From Patescibacteria group bacterium (GTDB lineage Bacteria > Patescibacteriota > Minisyncoccia > Phycocordibacterales > DATDWN01): DNA of 24,000 bases. The number at the start of each line of letters is the position of its first letter. Within the stretch, counting starts at the first letter, position 1. Position numbers and translations under genes: made by a program. Shown here in pieces: positions 8,948 to 14,589 of the stretch. Below the pieces are notes generated by a model. That model saw only the letters and a program-made list of their open reading frames with translations, ran no database searches and was not told the origin of the DNA. Where the stretch lies: contig JACDEV010000005.1 in the NCBI GenBank assembly GCA_013816135.1, positions 28,055 to 52,054 of the forward strand, read 5' to 3'.

Positions 8948-9114
8948 GCACTTCTTGTTTTATAAATAAAACAATGTCGCTCACGTCGGATTTCATCCAG
9001 ATTTTGAAAGTTCATAATCCTCCGAGCTGTTTTAAAAATATATATAGTGATTGTTTTTGGATTTTGTTATATGTATTATTAAACTATAATTTACTTATCA
9101 TTAATATAAAAAAT

Positions 9115-9387
9115 ATGTTTGGATTTGGAAAATCAAGTCGGGAGGGTTTCGATAATCTTGAAGCAAAAAAATTAGAAGCAGAAAGTGCTATGGTAGATGC
9201 CCAGAAAATTATTGATTCACCTGTAGATGGTAGTGAGGCTAGATTAGACGCTGATATTAAAGCTCATCATGATAAAGCAGATGCTATAGATAAAAAAGTT
9301 ACCGCAGAAGTAAAAATGGAACAACATATTGAAAGAGCTCATGGAGAAGCATTGAAAGAAAATGAATCTGGCATTCATAACTTTTAG
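9115..9387 (+). CDS. Small charged, probably helical hypothetical protein (90 aa)
   Basis: I prefer the internal ATG at 9115 of track ORF 8974..9387. A TATAAT box at 9085-9090 lies inside the longer ORF, and the upstream 47 codons are low-complexity AT-rich sequence. A strong terminator follows at 9401-9428. Confidence 0.5.
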   Translation: MFGFGKSSREGFDNLEAKKLEAESAMVDAQKIIDSPVDGSEARLDADIKAHHDKADAIDKKVTAEVKMEQHIERAHGEALKENESGIHNF

Positions 9388-9400
9388 TTAATTTATAAAT

Positions 9401-9428
9401 AAAACGTCGGATATCCGACGTTTTTTTT
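9401..9428. terminator. Bidirectional rho-independent terminator; left boundary of the GC-rich island
   Basis: AAAACGTCGG-ATAT-CCGACGTTTTTTTT: a 7-bp GC-rich stem extended by A/T pairs, with a T8 run on plus and TTTTATTTAT on minus. Confidence 0.8.
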
Positions 9429-9430
9429 GG

Positions 9431-9586
9431 TTAACTATTTCTTAACCATTCCATATATGCGCGCCTGTCGCCAGTGCGATCTGCTTCTGCTCGCATAATC
9501 TCTTCTTTTGCCTTCCAGTCATCATAGTTTTTCAGAGCACTTTGAAGTTTTACAAGAGAATAGATAATAGTTTTTTGTTCTTCCAC
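9431..9586 (-). CDS. Possible 51-aa helical peptide (GTG start)
   Basis: Manual translation gives VEEQKTIIYSLVKLQSALKNYDDWKAKEEIMRAEADRTGDRRAYMEWLRNS. GAGGTGA lies just upstream, but spacing to the GTG is only ~4 nt. It is below the ORF-track size cutoff. Confidence 0.3.
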   Translation of the reverse strand: MEEQKTIIYSLVKLQSALKNYDDWKAKEEIMRAEADRTGDRRAYMEWLRNS

Positions 9587-9630
9587 TTATCACCTCATTA
9601 GAAAACTATGGTTACGAAATACCTCTGATC

Positions 9631-9807
9631 TTAGTCTCTCCGTCTAACTTCGCGAATTGCTAGGACGCTAGAAACCAAGCACAACATGGCAAAACCCAGA
9701 GCTGTGAGGACAAGTCTTGAGTCGGTTTGCTGAAATGCAGTTACAAAAAAAACTGCGGTTCCAACAACTTCCAACACCCCGATTATTCCGAAAACAATCT
9801 TTCTCAT
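9631..9807 (-). CDS. 58-aa small membrane peptide with two predicted TM helices
   Basis: Manual translation gives MRKIVFGIIGVLEVVGTAVFFVTAFQQTDSRLVLTALGFAMLCLVSSVLAIREVRRRD. A GGAGA Shine-Dalgarno lies ~6 nt upstream of the ATG. It is not in the ORF track because it is under 60 aa. Confidence 0.55.
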   Translation of the reverse strand: MRKIVFGIIGVLEVVGTAVFFVTAFQQTDSRLVLTALGFAMLCLVSSVLAIREVRRRD

Positions 9808-9821
9808 GACACTCTCCTGTT

Positions 9822-9903
9822 AAAGAACATTCCCTTAAAACCAAACTATCACAGATAATTTATTTTTAAGGAAGTTCGAGAAAAAGAAAACTTCCTCTCG
9901 AAC
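9822..9903 (-). promoter_or_regulatory. Promoter/5'UTR module B (duplicate of module A at 10721-10807)
   Basis: Minus strand reads: hairpin GTTCGAGA..TCTCGAAC, then TTCCTT(-35)-N17-GATAGT(-10), then TTTTAAGGGAATGTTCTTT, then SD and ATG. It contains the inverted pair CCTTAAAA...TTTTAAGG and aligns block by block with module A. Confidence 0.45.
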
Positions 9904-10313
9904 AATTTGTAAAAAAGAACGCGTGCAGTCTGAGTCTTTGGCACAGCAAGTGTTGGCCACCTCCTTCAGAAGAAATTTAGCCCTCGCCTAGCGACTCAAT
10001 GACTCCTTTTTCTGGAGCCGTGCGCTTTTGCCTAAGCGCTTATGGTCCTCGAGCTTCTGCACAAGCTTGGACACGGTTGGTTGGGAAGAGTACCGCGCCA
10101 TTTTGTCGAGATGCACAGTGGAGTAATTACTCCAGCGCCATCTAGGGCGTTATTCTTCCCATCAAAGCTTTTAAATAATTTTAAAAATTTTGATGGAAAC
10201 CGAATCTCGTAAGATTCGGAACTTTTGACCGCCAAAGTTAAAGGAGTGTTCGCATTAAAGCCCAACACAGAAGGCCTCGGGTCGTCGGGCAAGGAACCGA
10301 CTCACCGGATAGA

Positions 10314-10703
10314 TCACTTCACATTGGTTGTCGCGCATTGTGCGACCGGCGGTTTGAACGCCTTGACCTTTGTGGGGAGCTTGGGAAGCTCCGCGGTAAC
10401 CGGTTTTATGACCGCGACTTTCTCGGCTTTTTGCTGCCGGTACTTGTCTATCAACTTATCTGCTTCCTCGGGAGAGGAAACGTCTTGTGACAAGTTGATA
10501 TCACGTTCTGTGTTCAGACTCGACATGCAGGCACCTTCACTTACTTTGCCGACATTCATGACGAGCTTGTAGCCGTTGTCCTGCTTCCAGAGACTGTAAA
10601 CAATCTCATTATCGCAGTAGTGCCGGACTGGCGATTTGAATTCTGCGCAGCCGACGAGAGTCACGAGCGAGAACAGCACGACGATACGCATGATCATCTT
10701 CAT
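10314..10703 (-). CDS. Putative lipoprotein (129 aa from ATG at 10703)
   Basis: N-terminus MKMIMRIVVLFSLVTLVGC has a clear lipobox (LVGC). G+C is visibly higher than in flanking host genes. The track ORF starts 2 codons earlier at a GTG (10709). Confidence 0.7.
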   Translation of the reverse strand: MKMIMRIVVLFSLVTLVGCAEFKSPVRHYCDNEIVYSLWKQDNGYKLVMNVGKVSEGACMSSLNTERDINLSQDVSSPEEADKLIDKYRQQKAEKVAVIKPVTAELPKLPTKVKAFKPPVAQCATTNVK

Positions 10704-10720
10704 AAGCACACAAGCTCCAA

Positions 10721-10807
10721 AAGAACATTAGGGAATCATTTCCCTTAAAAATAAATTATCGAAATAATTTCCTTTTAAGGAATCCCGAGGAAATTGATTC
10801 CTCAGGG
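10721..10807 (-). promoter_or_regulatory. Promoter/5'UTR module A (duplicate of module B)
   Basis: Minus strand reads: imperfect hairpin CCCTGAGGAA..TTCCTCGGG, then TTCCTT-N16-GATAAT, then TTTTTAAGGGAAATGATTCCCTAATGTTCTTT. It has the same CCTTAAAA...TTTAAGG inverted pair and the AATGTTCTTT leader as module B. Confidence 0.45.
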
Positions 10808-11130
10808 CAGAGTTTTTTCACAAACACTCTCCGAAGTTATGGCAGTCTGGGGGCTCAACCCCAGTTGAGACGCGTCTGGTAATGAGCCAGTCCGCATTCT
10901 CTTTGAGTGAGGCATCTGCAGTGTTGCGAGCATCGGCTCGCATAAGCCCTTTGGGCTCCACATCAAATGCTATGTCGTTTGAGCACGACATCTCCCCTCT
11001 CACCCCGGTACAAGGGGTTCAATTTGAAAGTGGAAATGGCGTCTGCAACACCTACCCCTTTCTCTCGAATTACTAAATTAATAATGCGAGAGAAAGGGAC
11101 AGGTTACTTCGGTTTATTTTAAAAGAACTA

Positions 11131-11188
11131 GATTCTGTTTCGTCCTTTTGGACTCATCAGGCAAAGCTTCACTTTGCGACAGTACCAG
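11131..11188 (-). ncRNA. Hammerhead ribozyme, type III topology (HHR1); predicted cleavage after GUC, between plus coords 11178 and 11177
   Basis: Minus strand: cugguacuGUC|GCAAAG-UGAAG-CUUUGC-CUGAUGA-GUCC-AAAA-GGAC-GAAA-CAGaauc. All invariant core nucleotides (C3-A9, G12-A14, A15.1:U16.1) are present. Stem I is 6 bp, stem II is 4 bp with G10.1:C11.1, and the open stem III is ACAG/CUGU plus 3 further pairs after an A.A mismatch. Confidence 0.85.
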
Positions 11189-12379
11189 TTTTGCGTTCTG
11201 GTAAACGTTCGGGAACTTCCCAAAAAAGAACAAAAGTGGAACAGCGTAAGGTCAAAAACTGTTCCGAGAGTAGATTGCGTTCAGGTGACCCCGAACTCCA
11301 ACCACCGATTTGCGATCGGTTCTACCCTTTTAACCACAACCTATGTCCTTTTGAGACGACTGGTTGCCCGCCTTATCCACCAAGAGCTTATTGCGATTCA
11401 TGCTGGCCGGCACTTCACGCATGAGAAGGGCTTATTCTTCTCTCCCTCTGACGAGGTCCGGCTCTACGCTCTTGGTTTTCCCCCAACTTTGCCTTCGCAA
11501 ATTTTTCAATTTGCGACTGCACTGTGCCGGTAATGGGAGAGGCATTTGCTAAGAACCTTGCGAGTCCTCAGCTGAGCCACCGACTTTCCAACCTTTCAGG
11601 TGTTTGGCGCACTATCTGGAGTTAACCAGATAACTTTTCGGAGTGTCACCTCCTAAAGCCTGTTCGGTCGTCTTACTCTCATAGCATCGCCAAACGCTAT
11701 GATCATACCTGGCTGAAAGTCCTCGGGTTTGGAAAACCCTACTTTCAACCAAACATGTGGAGATTTGGATTCTATCTTTCGATAGTACCCCGCCTCGGTC
11801 GTGCTAACCGAGACAAATCGTCTATTGCTAGACTATCAGGCTCTCCATGGCCACGTTATTGAATCCGAATGTCAGATTCAATAACGTGGCCACAGAATGT
11901 TTTCAAAAATATCCTTTTTCGCTCTTTTGAGCTCATCAGCAGAGATACACATCTCTGAAAAGAGTCCTTAAGGGGGACCAGGCCAATCGATATGGCTATT
12001 CTGGGTTGCCAACCAATGTGTTTTACTAGAACTAATTTATTCTAGTAACTTCCAAGATTATTCTAAGTGGATTGATATAGTGAGACACATTTCTATGCTT
12101 TTTCTTCCGTGGCTAGGTAAGAAAAGTTGGGTAAATCAAGTGGTTTGGCTAACCACTAACCCAAAGCTCCATTGAGCCATGAAATTGTCCACACTTTCTG
12201 CTATATCATTTTCCCAAAGAATTTAATCAAGGAAGCACATTCTCGAGTTTGCAATCTTAATAAGATTGGCTCGAGCTCTAAAGTATTTAGTTAATGCACA
12301 ACCATTCTCCTTCTATATTTCCAATGAACATTTATCTGTTTCGTCCTTTTGGACTCATCAGGCAAAGCACACACTTTGC
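11178..12379 (-). ncRNA. 1202-nt hairpin-dense non-coding RNA delimited by the HHR3 and HHR1 cleavage sites (subdivided 422 + 780 nt by HHR2)
   Basis: No minus-strand ORF of 60 aa or more. Many perfect local stems. GNRA tetraloops occur only when read on the minus strand (CGCAAAUU-GAAA-AAUUUGCG at 11496-11515; CUAUC-GAAA-GAUAG at 11772-11785). G+C is elevated relative to the host genes. Confidence 0.5.
11911..11966 (-). ncRNA. Hammerhead ribozyme, type III topology, divergent copy (HHR2); predicted cleavage between 11958 and 11957
   Basis: Minus strand: ggacucUUU|CAGAGAU-GUGU-AUCUCUG-CUGAUGA-GCUC-AAAA-GAGC-GAAA-AAGGau. The core is intact. Stem I and stem II sequences differ from HHR1/3 but keep pairing (compensatory changes). 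The cleavage triplet would be UUU, which is allowed as NUH but typically weak. Confidence 0.7.
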
Positions 12380-12386
12380 AACAAGG
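12333..12386 (-). ncRNA. Hammerhead ribozyme, type III topology (HHR3); predicted cleavage after GUU, between 12380 and 12379
   Basis: Minus strand: ccuuGUU|GCAAAG-UGUGUG-CUUUGC-CUGAUGA-GUCC-AAAA-GGAC-GAAA-CAGaua. It is nearly identical to HHR1 except for loop 1 and H17 (U instead of C). Confidence 0.8.
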
Positions 12387-12743
12387 CCGTTAAGGTGGCC
12401 AGCCTGATTTTTTGTGACTCGGGAATCAACCGAGTATGCATTTTCTGTTCCCAGGACTGCGATAACATCCCGGCGGACTTATTGCTAAGCTTTTGGCTTA
12501 ACAATTTCCAAGACAGATCCCGTGGGAAGGAGATAGTGCAGAATTTCGCACCCATCCTCCATTCCACACGCAATCAGCTTGGAACCGCGGAGAGCCTTTA
12601 ATAGGTCTCTCATTTTATTTAGGAACTTTCGCTCCCACCTCGGGGCCCTGCGCAACTAATTTGTGCGAACTGGGCTCACCAAGTGGAAGCAAAAGTTATG
12701 TTGTCAAAAGTCTTTGACTCCTTCCCTAATCGCTTCTGGGGAG

Positions 12744-12772
12744 AGTATATACTAACTCACTTATTTTGTCAA
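12744..12772 (-). promoter_or_regulatory. Sigma70-type promoter TTGACA-N17-TATACT driving the hammerhead-containing transcript
   Basis: Minus strand TTGACA is plus 12767-12772 and TATACT is plus 12744-12749, followed by CTCCCCAGAAG. This gives a leader of about 360 nt before the HHR3 cleavage site. Confidence 0.5.
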
Positions 12773-12918
12773 CTACTTTTGACATTTATTATCATTATAA
12801 ATATAAAATAGCCCTAAATAAGGCTATATAATCATAATTTTAATATAATTAAGTCTGACTAAATATTAATAAAATTGACTATTATTTTTATTATTATATA
12901 AATTAGTTTTAATTCTGC

Positions 12919-12946
12919 TTGACATATATAACAGTAGGTGTATACT
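12919..12946 (+). promoter_or_regulatory. Sigma70-type promoter TTGACA-N16-TATACT, divergent twin of the 12744-12772 promoter
   Basis: TTGACA at 12919-12924 and TATACT at 12941-12946, followed by CTCCCACAGAGG. The -10 box and initial transcribed sequence nearly match the minus-strand promoter (TATACTCTCCC[C/A]CAGA). Confidence 0.55.
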
Positions 12947-12952
12947 CTCCCA

Positions 12953-13242
12953 CAGAGGTTCCCAATATGCATGACGAGTGACGGCTTCTCCTGCCTGGGC
13001 AAAAGCAATGTGCTTATGTTGCAGGCAGGAGATGAGTCGACCACAAATCATGATTATATAAACTGCGTAGACGTCAAAAGAGAGAAAAGCAATGCGAAGC
13101 AAGTGCAGTTCACGAGGAGAAAGACAATGCAGGATGATTAACGGCTAGATTCGCTCATAAACAAGCAAAAAGCTTGTTAAGATCGGATCCATCAAAGGCT
13201 CGTCTGGAATTTATTCCGGACGAGCCTTCTTCTTATTTTTTT
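12953..13242 (+). ncRNA. Candidate ~290-nt small RNA (promoter-to-terminator unit), unknown class
   Basis: It is bounded by the 12919 promoter and the 13196-13242 terminator, and no plus-strand gene follows. It contains a perfect 10-bp stem CTCCTGCCTG...CAGGCAGGAG (12989-13032) and AACAAGC-AAAAA-GCTTGTT (13160-13178). A 56-aa ORF from ATG at 12971 cannot be excluded. Confidence 0.4.
13196..13242 (+). terminator. Rho-independent terminator; right boundary of the island; its T-tract overlaps the 3' end of the convergent TrmB gene
   Basis: AAGGCTCGTCTGG-AATTTATT-CCGGACGAGCCTT (13 pairs: 12 Watson-Crick plus one G.U) followed by CTTCTTATTTTTTT. Confidence 0.7.
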
Positions 13243-13982
13243 AGATTATCAAAAGCTAAGTTGAAAAGACTTTTAAGAGTTTCTGCGAAGTCTTTACTTT
13301 CAATGTAGATAGCTGAGAGTTTTTTTCCTAGAATACTAATTCTTACTTTATCTTTATATATACTCATATCAACATAAAAAGGATATTTACTCTCATCAAC
13401 CTTTAATCTCTTTGTAAGTTCAGTGTCTTCTTTTTGACCTTTTGACCAGTTATACAAAACTTTGGCTTTAATATTTTCATTTTTTCTAACCTTTCTATAT
13501 TTACCAGTTTCTACATCTTTAAATACATCATCAAGTAAATCTTTGGAATATAGTATATACACAGGAGATCCATCAGGATTACTGTCATAAACATCCTCAT
13601 TAATACTGATTATTCCCTCTTTTCCAGAGTAATATTTTACTAGAGGCTTTTCACCCGATTCTCTTTGCAAACTTTTTATTTGAGGAATAATATCTTCAGC
13701 AAATCTATTTTTTAGTTCTCCCAATGCCATTTCTTTCCTTTCAATATAAGTTCTAAGCATCTCCGGGGATTCAGCCATATATTTGGTTTTTTTGTTCTCC
13801 TCAACTTCACTCACTAGACCTTTTTTTGCTAAGGAATCCAATATGGTGTATACAGTTGGGCGTTTTATTTTAGTTTTTTGAGAAAGTTCAACAACTGAGG
13901 CTTGATCTACCTTAATTAATTGTAAGTAAATCGCTGCTTCTTTATCACTTAACCCGGCATCTTCTAGGTATTTTTCAATCAT
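13233..13982 (-). CDS. TrmB-family transcriptional regulator
   Basis: 249 aa. The N-terminal winged-HTH GLSDKEAAIYLQLIKVDQASVVELSQKTKIKRPTVYTILDSLAKKGLV is typical of the TrmB family. Confidence 0.8.
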   Translation of the reverse strand: MIEKYLEDAGLSDKEAAIYLQLIKVDQASVVELSQKTKIKRPTVYTILDSLAKKGLVSEVEENKKTKYMAESPEMLRTYIERKEMALGELKNRFAEDIIPQIKSLQRESGEKPLVKYYSGKEGIISINEDVYDSNPDGSPVYILYSKDLLDDVFKDVETGKYRKVRKNENIKAKVLYNWSKGQKEDTELTKRLKVDESKYPFYVDMSIYKDKVRISILGKKLSAIYIESKDFAETLKSLFNLAFDNLKK

Positions 13983-14026
13983 TTCTTAATACTAGTATAA
14001 AAACAATAAACGCACCACATAAATAG

Positions 14027-14051
14027 AAATGCATGCCAGCGGCATGCATTT
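14027..14051 (-). terminator. Perfect 11-bp hairpin AAATGCATGCC-AGC-GGCATGCATTT after the comM operon
   Basis: Read directly. T-rich sequence follows on both strands. It lies between the zinc-ribbon gene and the TrmB gene. Confidence 0.5.
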
Positions 14052-14076
14052 TCAATTTGAGTCAATACACATATAT

Positions 14077-14256
14077 TTAATGTACGATTTCTTTTGGTTT
14101 TTTCTTACTCAGAACTATCAGTTCGTTCCCGAAAATTTCCTCCAGTAGATCATCATCATTGTCTCCATAACATTCCTTGCAGATTTTCTGGTCCTCTAGA
14201 ATTTCAGCCGAGCTAAGCGATAACTCTTTTCCGCAGGTGGAGCAGATTATCATCAT
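14077..14256 (-). CDS. Small zinc-ribbon protein (59 aa)
   Basis: Two Cys pairs (CSTCGKE ... CKECY). I prefer the ATG at 14256 (M10 of the track ORF) because AAGAGGTG lies 4 nt upstream. Confidence 0.55.
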   Translation of the reverse strand: MMIICSTCGKELSLSSAEILEDQKICKECYGDNDDDLLEEIFGNELIVLSKKKPKEIVH

Positions 14257-14298
14257 TAGGCACCTCTTTCGTAAAAATAACACTAATGTATATAAATA

Positions 14299-14589
14299 TC
14301 AATTAAAAACTTTCATATTTTTCAACTCTCGTTTGACAACAAAATAAGTTCCAATCCAAGATCCAATTGCAATTGGGATTATATATAGATAGTTGTGAAC
14401 ATAATTTAGTACCCCGATTGCAATCAAAAAATGCATAAGTGCTCCTGTGGTTGCTGAAACAAAAGGCTTTTTGTTCGTCACTGCTATTGTGTAGTATGCA
14501 TACATTCCGTCAACTAAAATATAAGCTAGAAAAATCCCAAATGCTATTAAGAAATTAAATTCGTGCCAGTGCGAAATAAGAGAGTTCAT
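14299..14589 (-). CDS. Small integral membrane protein (about 3 TM helices), unknown function
   Basis: 96-aa hydrophobic ORF. Its start overlaps the comM stop (14589), which suggests translational coupling. Confidence 0.6.
   Translation of the reverse strand: MNSLISHWHEFNFLIAFGIFLAYILVDGMYAYYTIAVTNKKPFVSATTGALMHFLIAIGVLNYVHNYLYIIPIAIGSWIGTYFVVKRELKNMKVFN

Noticed and set aside
8974-9114. Upstream 47-codon extension of the 9115..9387 gene
   Set aside because: The extension is low-complexity AT-rich sequence containing a TATAAT box at 9085-9090, so it is more likely promoter than coding.
10032-10572. ORFs 10032..10292(-) (86 aa) and 10225..10572(+) (115 aa)
   Set aside because: The plus-strand ORF is antisense to the well-supported lipoprotein gene. 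The minus-strand ORF has no RBS, has Pro/Ser/Cys-rich non-protein-like sequence, and coincides with several exact stem-loops.
10818-11003. 61-aa minus-strand ORF between HHR1 and promoter module A
   Set aside because: Its composition is not absurd. However, the putative SD (GAGGGGAG) abuts the ATG with no spacer, and the region contains at least six exact 5-6 bp stem-loops. I treat it as structured RNA, but a real small protein cannot be excluded.
11016-11022. GGTTCAA T-loop-like sequence suggesting a tRNA
   Set aside because: No acceptor, D or anticodon arms can be drawn around it. I recognised no tRNA anywhere in the window.
11448-11455. Plus-strand CTGACGAG (CUGANGA variant) as a possible opposite-polarity hammerhead
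   Set aside because: No stem II followed by GAAA and no suitable stem I or NUH site could be drawn downstream or upstream.
11174-11552. Three overlapping plus-strand ORFs (119, 77 and 62 aa) inside the ribozyme-bounded region, and likewise 12266..12601(+) and 12358..12573(-)
   Set aside because: They overlap one another in different frames and lack Shine-Dalgarno or ATG context (the longest needs a TTG start). Their composition is implausible, and they overlap hammerhead cores and dense hairpins. Open frames here are best explained by the higher G+C.
11715-11722. GAAAGTCC resembling the RNase P RNA P4 5' strand (GAGGAAAGUCC)
   Set aside because: No matching 3' P4 strand or ACAGAA...GGCUUA element, and none of the other universally conserved RNase P blocks, are present nearby. 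It is part of a simple local hairpin (TGAAAGT...ACTTTCA).
12938-13141. 67-aa ORF (GTG start) in the plus-strand small-RNA candidate
   Set aside because: The annotated start lies inside the -10 region of the predicted promoter. A shorter 56-aa version from ATG at 12971 remains possible and is mentioned under the ncRNA feature.
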